Assembly (NCBI GenBank): GCA_030390025.1
Contig: CM059425.1
Coordinates: forward strand, 173,044,001 to 173,108,000
Origin: Squalus acanthias
Taxonomy: Eukaryota
Direction of reading: 5' to 3'
DNA length: 64,000 bases
Part shown: positions 24,035 through 36,453 of the stretch, one piece after another
How positions within the stretch are numbered: position 1 is the stretch's first letter
Layout: each line of letters begins with the position of its first letter
Program-made: the position numbers and the translations under genes
Notes under the pieces: model-generated
Databases searched by the model: none
What the model saw: only the letters and a program-made list of their open reading frames with translations
Told to the model about the DNA's origin: nothing

Positions 24035-25195
24035 CTAGAAGCGGCTTGCTATTAGCCGTTGACGGACGGCCCTTGCAGTTTGACCATTGTGGGCCGCCCT
24101 CCCGCCTTGGTGCTGCTGATGATCATCCTCCTCGTCCTCTTCCTCCTCTTCCTCCTCCTCCTCTGGTGGTGCTCCAAGGCCTGGTGGCATTGGCTGGGTC
24201 CTGAGGATTGCCATGTTATGCAACATGCAGCACACAACTACGAAGTTGGATACTCGCTCAGGCGAGTACTGCAGGGCTCCTCCAGAATGGTCGAGACAGC
24301 GGAACTGTTGCTTCAGCACGCCGATTGTGCGCTCAATTATGTTCCTGGTAGCTTGATGGCTCTCATTGTACCGCAGCTCAGCAGGGGTGTTGGGCGTACG
24401 GAGCGGTGTCATCAGCCAGGTGCTCAATGCATACCCCTTGTCCCCGAGAAGCCAACCAACTGGCTGATGCGGTGCCTCGAAAAGTTCTGCTACAGTAGTC
24501 TGGCGCAGGATAAAAGCATCGTGGCAGCTGCCAGGATAGTGGGCATTGACAGCGAGTATCAGCTGTCTGTGGTCACAGACCAACTGAACATTCAAGGAAT
24601 GGAACCCCTTTCTGTTCCGGAATTCCTCGGCATTCTCATGCGGTGCACGCAAAGCCACATGCGTGCAGTCAATGGCGCCCTGCACCATGGGGAAGCCCGC
24701 TATCCTCGCAAAGCCCAGAGCGCGGTCACGCTGCTTGTCTGGGGTCATGGGGAAAGAGATGAACTCTCGTCTCCTTTTAAAGAGGGCATTTGTGACCTGC
24801 CGGATGCAGCAATGCACCGCGAACTGGGAGATATTGGCGAGGTCCCCAGCAGCAGCTTGAAATGAGCCAGTAGCGTAGAAGTTGAGAGCCACTGTGACCT
24901 TCACTGCCACTGACAGAGACGTCCTGGACCTCAGTTGAGGCTGCAGATCTGGCTGCAGCAGGTGGCAGAGCTCAGTGACCACCTCCTTGCTGAATCGCAG
25001 CCTTCGCAAACACAGCTCCTCAGACATATGAATGTAGGAGAGCTGTTCACGATATACCCTGGGAGGGTAAGCTCTCCTGTACATACGCCTGTTGGCCCTC
25101 CTCCGTCTGGCCATCATTGCCACTCTCTCTCTGCGTCTCTGTCTCCTCCGATTCAGCTGGAGCAGGACGACGCCCCCAATCAGTGCAGCCCCCAT
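24035..25195 (-). CDS. Harbinger (HARBI1-like) DDE transposase, 386 aa
   Basis: Intact ORF from MGAALIGG: RLRFSKE, ALNFYATGSFQ, GAIDCTH, NRKGFHSLNVQ, PGSCHD, LGDKGY, IERTIGVLK, CCMLHN. Confidence 0.95.
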   Translation of the reverse strand: MGAALIGGVVLLQLNRRRQRRRERVAMMARRRRANRRMYRRAYPPRVYREQLSYIHMSEELCLRRLRFSKEVVTELCHLLQPDLQPQLRSRTSLSVAVKVTVALNFYATGSFQAAAGDLANISQFAVHCCIRQVTNALFKRRREFISFPMTPDKQRDRALGFARIAGFPMVQGAIDCTHVALRAPHENAEEFRNRKGFHSLNVQLVCDHRQLILAVNAHYPGSCHDAFILRQTTVAELFEAPHQPVGWLLGDKGYALSTWLMTPLRTPNTPAELRYNESHQATRNIIERTIGVLKQQFRCLDHSGGALQYSPERVSNFVVVCCMLHNMAILRTQPMPPGLGAPPEEEEEEEEEDEEDDHQQHQGGRAAHNGQTARAVRQRLIASRF

Positions 25196-26894
25196 ATTCT
25201 CTTTGCAAGCAAAGTAATGAAGGACAGCAACTAAAGTACCAGCGAAGTTAGGATCAGTAGGCAAAACTACCTCACAAAGCGTTGAGTCAATGCAGAAGTC
25301 TCTCTTTCTCTCTCTCCGAATCTCTCTCTCTCTCTCTCAGAACGAGTGGTGCAAAAATGTCGACCACAGAAAAAGACAGGAAGAGGCCCCCTTTAAATAG
25401 CGCCCCCCCCAGCCCCACAGCGATTGATAGCGTTCCAGTCTTCCGGTCGTTGGATGCGCCAGGCGGTAAGGCAGGGGGCGCCACTCAATTTCCGCTCCGG
25501 GGCACCACAAGGGCGTTGCACCATGGAATGACGTCACAATCTGCGCATGCAGGTGGTCGCAGCGGTAAGGTTTAGCGCCGCCGCACAATCTCTAGTTAAG
25601 TTCCCGAGCGGCGCAAACATCGCTGCGCCCGGGCGTTAGCGGCTTTGCGCCCCATTAACGCCCTCTTAAGGCGCTAACGGGAGGCGCAACCAACTGAATT
25701 TTTACCCCTTAGTGTGGTAGTTTCAGTGATTGATGGACCTGTCATAAATTAGTCCCAATACCTACAGCTAAATAAATTTTGAAAATGATGGAATGTTGAA
25801 TATAAAACATTATTCTACATACTTTGTATGCAAACGCTTGTGGTACAAACATTCAAATGTTGCTGTTTTAACTAGAAGAGATTTTTAATCTGAACACAGC
25901 GCAGGATTGAGATTTTAAGATAGTTACTCATGGTCCTTCATTTTTCTCCACTTCTAGCTCTGCAAAAGCGTGACATTTTGATAATCTTTATTTCTTTTAT
26001 TTTGGCATGTCTCACTATTATGTTGTCTCTAACCATCTGTGTGTCTTTAACTGAACCTAATAATATGCTAAATACATCTGTTGAAGTGGGCCACATGCTG
26101 AAGTACCAAAATACTGATATTTTGTAAAGCAAATTTACATTAGGATGACTACTTTTATGGGACATTTTGTAATCAAAGAATCAATATTCATCCAGGTCAT
26201 CTGCCTCCCAGATTACCATTTTATGTACAATCCATCATTTAAATGCCTTAGAAACCGCTTTTAGCAAGCTATTTTCGATGCAATGGGCATTTAATGTGCT
26301 TAATGAAACGTCTAATGTGCTTCACACTGCTGTGGCTGTTTAATTTAGTACGATTCCTACTGTGATTGCATTTAAATCTCTAAATGGAAATTTTTTCAGA
26401 AATGATTTCTTTTTGTGCATACAACTGCTTTGATTTGGCAATTGTTTTTGAGAACATTTAGTTTTGAACAAGCTTAGGTTATTACCAATGTTTGGGTAAT
26501 TAAAATGTTTTACTGACCAAGGAGCTAAGGGGTAGAAATTTGTTTGCATTGCGCCCGATTTCTGAATGCAAAATCAGGGTTAGCCAGACCAATCTGAGAT
26601 GGTGGTATCCCGTGCCAATCCACCTTGGAAGTGTGACTTCTGAGAACCAAGGGCGCCTGCTTAAAACAGGCATTAGGCCCCTTAATTATGCCAATCAGGG
26701 GCCTAAGGCCAGATTCAGGACCCTGATGGAAAACTGGGCAAAAACTGAGAGGAGAATGCGCCACGCATGCTGTGCTGTGTTTTTCCAGGACTACGGCAGC
26801 CTAACCAGCAGTCCTTAAAGGGGGTCCAAGGAGTCCTTGTCCACCACCACCTTCCCCCGCCCGCCTGAACTTGTGCTCACTTTTTTTTTTACAG

Positions 26895-27000
26895 CAGTAC
26901 TGATGAAGTGTACACATCCACAACGTCATAACCTGTCTCTTGTCTTTACAAATACTAACTTACCTGCTATGTACTTCTAGCACTTTCGGTTATTATTCCA
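26895..27000 (+). mobile_element. Degenerate Penelope pseudo-LTR 3' end with a decayed hammerhead
   Basis: CTGATGAAG...CAACGTCA...ACCTGCT...TTCTAGCACTTTC..TTATT resembles 5291-5390; the GAAA box and stem II are lost. Confidence 0.45.
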
Positions 27001-27204
27001 TAGCTCAATGATTATGAGGGGTTTTTATGAGAGTACATAGAGAGAAACTGCTTCCACTGGCAGGAGGGTCGGTCACCAGAGGGCACAGATTGAAGGTAAT
27101 TGGCAATAGAACCAAAGGGGAGATGAGGAGAATTTTTTTATGCAGTGAGTTGTTATGATCAGGAATGTATTGCCTGAAAGGTTTCTCACCATTTTAAAAA
27201 TATT

Positions 27205-27633
27205 GGAGGCGAAATTCGGTTTGGGGATATAACCAAATTATTGCCGGAGATTTAGCGCCTGGCGCAGAAGTAACGCCTGGCTGCTAAATTCGGCTTACCG
27301 CCCCGGCGAGGAAGCGGAGCGCTTTCTCGGGTGCTCCATTTCCTCTTGGGGTGGTGTCGGGGGCGCAAAGCGCGGTAGCGCTATGCAGCCGCTCTACATA
27401 GCGCTGATGCGTTTCAGCGCTCCTCCCCTTCCGTTAAAGGGGATTGATGCTGCGAGCTCTGCAGGGCCTCTGATGGCCCACATTAGCCCACCAGGGTGGC
27501 GTGGTGCTGTGGCTGCAGCTGAATTTCTTGGGAGGCACTATTAGCGCCCCACCCGGGTGATATGCCCTTTGTGCCCCGTTAGTGCCCCCTGGAGGTGCTA
27601 ATGGCAGGCGCAAAGGAGCTGAATTTCGTGGCC
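27205..27633. mobile_element. Harbinger-type MITE
   Basis: TIRs GGAGGCGAAATTC / GAATTTCGTGGCC; ATT TSD; subterminal TTAGCGCC motifs as in family 1. Confidence 0.75.
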
Positions 27634-27741
27634 ATTCTGTTTTTCTATTCTTCCTACCAAATTGAATAACCTCACATTTCCCCACATTATACTCCATCTG
27701 CCGACTCACTTAACCAGTTAATATCCCTTTGCAGGCTCTTA

Positions 27742-28635
27742 GGGGGAGAAATTCAGTATCGCCCCGTTTGGGGTGCAATTATCGGCTGGGTGCAAAGATT
27801 AGCGCCTGGCGCTAATTATCGCCTCCGACTGCAAACTTGACTTTTATCGCCCCTGGAGGTGATTGGAGCGCTAAATCAGGCGCTTCACACCTGTCTTAAG
27901 GCGCAAAGGCCGAGGAGCGAGGCGCTAACTCAGAGCGCTGACGAACCTCATGTGACGTCAGTCAGCAATGGAACACAGACACAATGGCCCCGGCCAGTTC
28001 TTAAAGGGGAGGGTCGATCTTGCTTTCCATCCACATCCTGCACATTGCAGCCTTGAATCTTGGCATGGAGAGACCTGTACATCAAATCTGCTGGAAAGAA
28101 CAATGGAGAGGCCCAGGGAAAGAGCTCAGAGTGCAGCCCCCACAGTCTCTTCTAAATCGATACAAGGAAGGGCAAATCAAAATGAACCTGTAAAGTGCTG
28201 CTCAGTACCCAAAACTCCTTCACACAGCGTTGAATCTCTCCAGAAGTCTCTCTCTCTCTCTCTCTCAGAATGCGTGGTTCAAAAATGTCGCCTTCAAAAA
28301 AAGGCAGGAAGCGGTCGCCTTTAAATAGCGCTCCCCCAGTCCCTTCCTGACTGCAAAACGCTCCCCTCAACCTGTCGTTGCTAGCGGCAGGCAGTAAGGT
28401 GGGGGCGCCACTCAATATCTGCTCTGGGGCGCTACCGGGGCGTTGCGCACTTGACTGATGTCACGATCTGCCGGCGCAGGAGATCATGGCGGTAGTGTTT
28501 AGCGCCGCCGCAAAATGTCTAGTTAATTTCGCAAGCGGCGCAAACATCGCCGCGCCCGGGTGCTAGTTGCTTTGCGCCCCATTAGCGCCCTCTTAAGGTG
28601 CTAACGGGAGGCGCAACCAACTGAATTTTTCCCCC
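27742..28635 (+). mobile_element. Non-autonomous derivative of Harbinger family 1 (copy A, ~890 bp)
   Basis: Both ends align to 21490-21880 and 25185-25708; flanks TTA/TTT. Confidence 0.92.
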
Positions 28636-29557
28636 TTTGTGTTCTCCTCACAGCTTACTTTCCCACCTAGCTTTGTATCGTCAGCAAACTTGGATACATT
28701 GCACTCGGTCCCTTCATTAATATGGATTGTAAATAGCTGAGACCCAAGCACTGATCCTTGCACCACCCCACTAGGTACAGCCTGCCAACCATTTATCCCT
28801 ACTCTCTGTTTTCTATCCATTAACCAATCCTTTATCCATGCTAATATATTACCCCCAACCCCATGAGCCTTTACCTTTTGTGTGGCACCTTATCAAATGC
28901 CTTTTGGAAATGCAAATATACTGGCCGGCATTTTCTTACCTGGGAGGTTCAGGTGCGGGCAGTTGCCGTGGCGGGTCGTGACCCCGTTGTTGCTTACATC
29001 CAGAAATCGACTTTGCGCTAATGGGGCCTATTACGCTTGCCCTGTGCGTTGCCCAGCCCTGTTAAATGGTGCGGGTCTGATGACGTCATCCATGACGCAT
29101 TTTCAGCCGGGATATTTAAAGGAGTCACGGCCACATTGCATTTGAAGGTTCATCTAGGAGTGTACAGGCAGCACACTGGACAAATTGACTGCTGCAAACA
29201 GTTCCACAGATGACTGCACAGAGACACTGGGCTGCACCCAGGTTCTCCGATGACTCCCTCCATATGCTTGTGGAGGGAGTCAGAGCAAGCAGGGAGGTCC
29301 TCTTCCCTTTGAATGGGCGGAAGAGACTTCCCCAGGGGACAAAAAGAGCCTGGCTCCAAATTGCAGAGGAGGTCAACAGCAGGGATGTGGTCAGGAGGAC
29401 CTGGGTGCAGTGCCGGAAATGTTGCAATGATCTCATTAGATCAGGAAAGGTGAGTACAAAGCCACACTCAACTTCATCCTGCTGTGCCTCTCCTCACATC
29501 CCCATCACTCTGCCTTCCCAACCTTACTCCTGCACATCCTTACTCACACCAACATAC

Positions 29558-31249
29558 TGTAAGGTTTCCAAAACTTGCAGATCCCCAAAACCTAAGGAAA
29601 AAGGACTTTGGAACTACCTCAGAGTGATAATATTGTATTTGGGCCTAACCTAAGAGACTATAAGACCAAAAACCAAGTTTTGGCATTTTAAAACTATGTC
29701 TGGGCCTGTAAAGGAACAAGAGGTGGGTTCAACCTCTGTAAAAGCAGTTTTGGGTATTGCAGTTAATTGCATTGTCTGGGGAACTGGGATGACCTCACTC
29801 AAAGCCCCAGCAAGCATTAACATTTTGATAATAGGCCCTGGGAGAAGACAGTCCCACCCAAAACAACAGGTCCCATCAAACCGATTACAGGGTCCATCAG
29901 GAAACATGCATAATACAGAGCACCCAGGACTAAGCTATAGATCAGCCTAGGAACCCAAAACACGAAACCAATCACCAGCGATCAGCCAAGGAGATCGACA
30001 GGATGCAAACCATCCCAAAACCCATTTGACACTTACAGAGCAGTTACTGGTAGCAGGCCCGCCAAATTCAGACAATGAACTGAACAGATTTGGCGGGTAG
30101 ATAAGGCCATATTAAATGGGTGAGATTGAAGGCCTGTTAAAACCCAGTTAACGTGCTAGTAAATCGTTACCGATTTACGAGCCCACCAAAACTAGACAAT
30201 GAACCGGGTAGATTTGGCGGGTAGATAAGGCCACTTCAATTCTGTATAATTGAAGGCCCTCCAAGCACACACCAAGCAAGAAGAGAGAGAAACATCACAG
30301 TTCAGCGTTCGTTGGGTCGAGCAGTCAGTCGCAACTGGTGGTCATCAGAAGGAGGAGAGACCAAGGAGAAGAAGGCCTGAGCTGGAAGCGAGTCGGCATC
30401 ACTCACCACTCAGACACACCTGAGTCCAGCTCGCGAAGACACCACCTCGACAGACCCCCAACAACGGCCCCAACACAGTCACCCGGAGCAACAAGCAGCA
30501 ACAAGTCACCGATGGCTCCACGAGGTCGACCGACACACTAAACAAGGCCTAAAGCCATTGCGGAAACTAAAGGCCTCACGAAACCAACAACTGCGCATTA
30601 CCCCCAACTGACCTGGTAATCGCAGGCCACCGCGACCAACAAAGACCAACTCCAGGGAAGAAAACCCGAAGAATTGCAAAGTTTCCACACTACAAACTAC
30701 TCCTGACTTACCCCTGGGTAAGATTTTCCCCAAAGACTCTAAGCCCTACTACTCAACTAAAGGAATTGGGTACTCACCAGATAAATCCATAATGACATCC
30801 TACCACATCAGCGGACTCGCGAAGACTGACCAGAGACCCAGGTGAAGTCCTCTACCACGTACGGGGTACGGCAGACACTAACCGCCATAAACAGCGAACC
30901 CCAAAACCGCGATTTAGCCCAACTGTCAAAGGATTGGTGAGCATTATCCCTGGTCCTTCAAAGCCTAACTTAGCTAGTAAAGTGGGGTTGGGAGGGGTGA
31001 AGTATTGTTCTACTGTCATTTCCTTCGCTTGTACCTAAGTGTTCCCCACCTTTAGAGTGATAAGAGTGTTATTATTTGTGTCTTACCTTTTAATAAAGAT
31101 TGAAGTTCTTTCATCAAACTCAGTTGTCTGCTGCACCTTTTGTATCACAACCCCCAAATAAGTCCAAGGTCTAGAACCAAGGGAGTGGGAGCGATTCGAA
31201 CTGCTCAGAAGTCAGAGGTAAAGCTGACACAAAAACACCACCTCCTACA
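29558..31249 (+). mobile_element. Solo LTR (1692 bp) of an LTR retrotransposon or endogenous retrovirus
   Basis: TGTA...TACA termini; 4-bp TSD ATAC (29554-29557, 31250-31253); AATAAA near 31092; internal ~40-bp direct repeat (~30070, ~30194); empty site visible in the related copy at ~63960-63990. Confidence 0.88.
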
Positions 31250-32806
31250 ATACCTTGCATGTCCACCCATCTCTCTCTCTCTCTATCTACATTATCACAT
31301 CCCCATCTGACCAGCCACCCCTCACACTCACCCTCATCCTGGTGCAATCATACCAACTAACAACACACAAGGCCACTTGGCTTTGACACCCCACTCCATC
31401 ACAGTCTCCCTCTAAAGATCTAACCCATCCAATGCTTACACTCATTCCATCACTCTCACTCAACCTTCGCTTCTTTCCCTCCTTGCAGGAAAAGTGAACC
31501 CACAATAAGAGGGAGAGAGAGAGAACCGGAGATGGCCCTCCATTATTTGCCACCCTTACAACAGCAGAGGAGGCTGCCTTAGAAGTATCTGGAGTCACTG
31601 AGCAGCTGGAGGTGGGAGACGGAGAGAGGGGGACATCTCAGCAACCTGGTGACAGAATTACATATCATACAGCTACATGGCCTACAGCAGTCACTCATAT
31701 GGGCACTGACGTCAGCAGCCATTGAATAGTCATCATGTGCATAATGGTATCTGGACCCATTCTTCATATGACATATTTAACTCATCTCTTTACTCTCCCA
31801 CAGGTCCATCAAAAGCACCCCCCCCCACCCACCCCCCATTGTCCAGGAGGAAGAGAAAGACGACTCCTCAGAGGAGCCTCCAGCCTCTGAGGGAGCACCG
31901 TCACCAGACATAAGCGCACCCAGCACCAGCGCAGATACGCACACCTGGGTGGGTGCCACGCGAGATATAGGGTTGTCACCTGGTGTCTCACAACTCACAA
32001 GTGAGCAAGAGCAGATGGTGGAGATAGGGACAGCAGTGCATGCAGACGCTGAACCTCAGGGGCCATCCAGAAAGAGGGCGATCCTGGAGGTGCAGGAAGA
32101 AGTGCAGGAGGCTTTGATAGGTTTTGCGAGCACGATGTCTGTAAATGTGCAGAGAATGGAGGAGCCCATCTCCAACATGACCACCACCGTGTCACAGGCG
32201 ATGGCGACGGTAGGCTCTTCCATGGATAGGTTGGCCACCTGCATGCAGCAGCTAATGTGCCACTCACAGGAGCACATGCTATCTATGGAGGATAGATGGC
32301 AGAGGCTCATAGACCTCCTCTATAGGAGGGATATCAACATAGACGTGGGTCTTCATAGCCCCACTGATGTGCAGCTATGTGCTCTCCAGCTCCTTACTAG
32401 CAGGGAAGTGCAGATGGCCCATGAGAGGGATGATGGTGAGAGGGGACATGGTAATGAGGGCTCCTCTCAAAGCGCTCACACTTCTCCCCCGTTGCCACCT
32501 CCTCAGTCAGAACCCTAGGTGCCTCCTCGGACAGCGATGGCCGAGTCTGCCCCTTCACAGTTGCAGGAGGAGCAGACTTTGGCGGGGCCATCAAAGGCTC
32601 CAAAACCCAGAAGGCGTCCGCCAAGAGTGTCTAAGCAGTTGCAGCAGGGAAGTGAGCTGGCTGCCTCTACCTCTGCTGAGGGGTAGCACCTCGTAGAAGC
32701 ACGCCTAAGAGAAAGATGACACACAAGTAGATTCACAAGGGTAGCCACTTGGGTGTTTTATTCAATGTTAATGTCAAGTTTCCGTTAATGTATTGTCAAA
32801 CATAAA

Positions 32807-33699
32807 GGGGGAGAAATTTGGTATCGCCCTGTTTGGGGCGCAATTATCGGCCGGGTGCAAAGTTTAGCGCCTGGCGCTAATTATCGCCTCCGACTGCGAA
32901 CTTGAATTCTATCGCCCCTGGAGGTGATTGGAGCGCTAAATCAGGCGCTACACACCTCTCTTAAGGTGCTAATGCCGAGGAGCGAGGCGCTACTCAGAGC
33001 GCTGGCGAAGCTCATGTGATGTCAGTCAGCAATGGAACACAGACACAATGGCGCCGGCCAGTTCTTAAAGGGGAGGATCTATCTTGCTCTCCATCCACAC
33101 CCTACTCATTGCAGCCTTGAATCTCGGCCTGGAGAGACCTGTATATCAAATCTGCTGGAAAGAACAATGGAGAGACCCAGGGAAAGAGCTCAGAGTGAAG
33201 CCCCCATAGTCTTTTCTAAATCGATGCAAGGAAGGTCAAATCAAAATGAACCTGCAAAGTGCTGCTCAGTACCCAAAACTCCTTCACACAGCGTTGAATC
33301 TCTCCAGAAGTCTCTCTCTCTCTCTCTCAGAATGTGTGGTGCAAAAATGTTGCCGACAAAAAAAGGCAGGAGGCGGTTGCCTTTAAATAGCGCTCCCCCA
33401 GTCCCTTCCCAACTGCAAAACGCTCCCCTCAACCTGTTGTTGCTAGCGGCAGGCGGTAAGGCAGGGGACGCCACTCAATATCCGGTCCGGGGCGCTACCG
33501 GGGCGTTGCACGCTCGACTGACGTCACGATCTATGGGCGCAGGAGATTGTGGCGGTAGCGTTTAGCGTGCACTGCAAAACGTCTGGTCAATTTCGCAAGT
33601 GGCGCAAACATCGCCGCACCCGGGCGCTAGTTGCTTTGCACCCCATTAGCGCCCTCTTAGGGCGCTAACGGGAGGCGCAAAGCAACCGAATTTTTCCCC
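32807..33699 (+). mobile_element. Non-autonomous derivative of Harbinger family 1 (copy B)
   Basis: Same structure as copy A; AAA flanks; nested in the family 3 element. Confidence 0.92.
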
Positions 33700-35231
33700 A
33701 AAAAATCTTTATTTTCACCACTTTCCGGTCTTGGAGAAATTTGCGTGCACCTTTGGAAGTGGCTTAGTGAGTTACAGTGAATGGTGAGACATAACGGTAC
33801 CTCCAGCAATGGTGGTGGTGTGAAAGGAATGGCTTGGTCATTGTAGGGATGCTTTATGGTGTTGCTGTGGGGTGGTGGCAACCTGGTGCAACTAATCAGC
33901 TAGATCAATGGCCACTCAACTCCTGCCTCAGGTTGACAGACATGGTTCTCGAACTGCATGATTCTCGTGGTCATCCAGGGAAATTTGAAAGGTAGGGGGA
34001 AAAAGGCGCTTAAGGGTCTGACAAGTACCTGTTAATCATTTAAATTAGGTCACCTGCCTCTGCCGTTCAGGTCGCTGCCACACCAGCAAACGCACCCGAG
34101 GGAAAGGCATGTGGGGGCGGGATGACAGCGGGTTCCCGACCCGTTCCAAGATATTTAAAATTTCCCACGCAACCCGCCTCCGATCGCACTCACAAGGACC
34201 CCAGAATATTTCGGCCACTACATCCATTGGTTCCCCTTTATCCATCCTGCTGGTTACATCATCAAAGAAATAAATTTGTTAAACACGATTTCCCTTTCAT
34301 ATGTTGACGCTGCCTAATCCTATTATGATTTTCTAAGTGCCATGTTACCACTTCTTTGATAATAGATTCTAGCATTTTCCTGACGACTGATGTCAGGCTG
34401 CTTGGCCTGTAGTTCACCGTTTTCTCTCTTCCATCTTTCTTGAATAGCAGGGTTACATTTGCTACCTTCCAATCTGCTGGGACCGTTCTAGAATCTAGGG
34501 AATTTTGGAACATCAAAACCAATGCATCCACTATCTCTGCAGCCACATCTTTTAGAACCCTACGATGTAGGCCATCAGGTCCGGGGATTTGTCGGCTTTT
34601 AATCCCATTAGTTTCTCAAGTACTTTTTCTCTACTGATATTAATTACTTTAAGTTCCTCACTCATATTAGCCCCTTGGTTCCCCACGATATTTGGTATGC
34701 TTTTTGTGTCTTCTACTGTGAAGACAGATACAAAATATTTGTTTAAAATCTCAGCTATTTCCTTATTCCCCATTATAATTTCTCCTGTCTCAGCCTCTAA
34801 GGGACCAACGCTTACTTTTGTTTTTCTCTTCCTTTTTACATACTTGTAGAAGCTCTTACAATCTGTTTTTATATTTCTTGCTAGTTTACTCTCATTCTAT
34901 TTTCTCCCTTTTTATCAATTTTTTGGTCATCCTTTGCTGGTTTCTAAAGCTATCCAAATCCTCAGGCTTACTACTATTCTTCACAACATTATAAGCCTCT
35001 TCTTTTAATCTAATACTATCCTTAACTTCTTTAGTTAGCCATGGATGGATCATTTTTCCCGTGGAGTTTTTATTTCTCAATGGAATCTATATTCGTTAAG
35101 AATTTTGGAATATTTCTTTAAATGTCTGCCACTGCTTATCTACCGTCATACCTTTTAATCTAATTTCCCAATCTACCTTTGCCAACTCACCCTTATACCT
35201 ATGTAATTGGCTTTATTTAAGTTTAAGATAA

Positions 35232-36124
35232 GGGGTAAAAATTCAGTTGGTTGCGCCTCCCGTTAGCGCCTTAAGAGGGCGCTAATGGGGCGCAAAGCCG
35301 CTAACGCCCGGGCGCAGCGATGTTTGCGCCGCTCGGGAACTTAACTAGAGATTGTGCGGCGGCGCTAAACTTTACCGCTGCGACCACCTGCGCGCGCAGA
35401 TTGTGACGTCATTCCATGGTGCAACGCCCTTGTGGCGCCCCGGAGCGGAAATTGAGTGGCGCCCCCTGCCTTACCGCCTGGCGCATCCAACGACCAGAAG
35501 ACTGGAACACTATCAATCGCTGTGGGGCTGGGGGGGGCGCTATTTAAAGGGGGCCTCTTCCTGTTTTTTATTGTTGGTGCCATTTTTGAACTACGCATTC
35601 TGAGAGAGAGAGGGAGAGACTTCTGGAGAGATTCAACGTTGTGTGAAGGAGTTTTGGGTACTGAGCAGCACTTTGCAGGTTCATTTTGATTTGCCATTCC
35701 TTGTATCGATTTAGCAGAGACTGTGGGAGCTGCACTCTGAGCTCTTTGCCTGGTACTCTCCATTGTTCTTTCCAGCACATTTGATGTGCAAGTCTCTCCA
35801 GGCCGAGATTCAAGGCTGCAATGAACAGGATGTGGATGGAAAGCAAGATTAACCATCCCCTTTAAGAACTGGCCCGTGCCATTGTGTGTGTGTTCCATTG
35901 CTGACTGACATTACATGAGCTTCGCCAGCGCTCTGAGTTAGCGCCTCACTCCTTGGCCTTTGCGCCTCAAGACAGGTGTGCAGCGCCTGATTTAGCGCTC
36001 CACTCACCTCCCGGGGCGGTAAAAGTGAAGTTTCCAGTCAGTGCCGATAATTAGCGCCAGGCGCTAATATTTGCGTCCAGACGATATTTGCGCCCCAAAT
36101 GGGGCACGACCTAATTTTTCCCCC
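35232..36124 (-). mobile_element. Non-autonomous derivative of Harbinger family 1 (copy C)
   Basis: Reverse-oriented; termini nearly identical to the autonomous copy, including the GGGGTAAAAATT variant. Confidence 0.92.
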
Positions 36125-36279
36125 TTAAGGTAAGGTGGTCCTTACCTCCCCCAGGCTTCTCTTCCACCTACAGTCAGCAGGCTTTGCAAATCCAAGCTTG
36201 ACAACACTTAATCATTACTTCTTGAATTAGCTTGTGTTCTCTCATATTCCTTTCAACCTTGCTGGTGCCATGCACTATT

Positions 36280-36393
36280 GGGGTGAAATTCACCTTCCAT
36301 TCATGTCAATGGAAAAGAAAATCGGGCGGTGTATAAAAAGGGCTGTTGACTATCACTCCTTTTGCGCTACCATCCAAGATTAATTTAACCCCC
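36280..36393. mobile_element. Very short MITE-like element
   Basis: GGGGTGAAATT ... AATTTAACCCC inverted termini. Confidence 0.45.
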
Positions 36394-36453
36394 AATGTGC
36401 CTTCACCCTTCATCCAGGTTCTTGATTAAATAAATGTATGGGGACACCAATAC

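Larger units (their letters stand above)
21490..25708. mobile_element. PIF/Harbinger DNA transposon family 1, apparently intact autonomous copy (4219 bp)
   Basis: TIRs GGGGGAAAAATT and (reverse complement) GGGGTAAAAATT; TTA TSD at 21487-21489 and 25709-25711; two convergent uninterrupted genes. Confidence 0.95.
28923..34216 (+). mobile_element. Harbinger family 3, transposase-deleted, Myb gene decayed; hosts a solo LTR and a family 1 derivative
   Basis: Termini GGCCGGCATTTTCT / AGAATATTTCGGCC with an ACT TSD. Myb exon 1 at 29210-29449 (PRFSDDSL...WLQIAEEV...WVQCRK); later exons at 31489-32710 carry stops. Confidence 0.85.
27181..35231 (-). mobile_element. CR1 LINE ORF2 fragment broken into 27181-27204, 27634-27741, 28636-28922 and 34217-35231 by nested insertions
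   Basis: Collinear RT/linker peptides (QMEYNVGKCEV, KFADDTKLGG, MDKGEPMDVV, NYRPSSLTSVV, HPWLTKEVK) resume after each insertion. Confidence 0.85.

Noticed and set aside
24035..25195. Host HARBI1 gene
   Set aside because: It is flanked by TIRs and a TSD, paired with a Myb gene and accompanied by derivatives, so it is a transposon rather than the domesticated gene.
26895..26930. Third functional hammerhead
   Set aside because: CTGATGA is present but stem II and the GAAA box have decayed.
33032..33565. Recurrent 118-177 aa ORF (MEHRHNG...) in the four derivatives as a new small gene
   Set aside because: It spans UTR/promoter sequence, its length and frame vary with a (CT)n tract among copies, and it has no recognisable domain.
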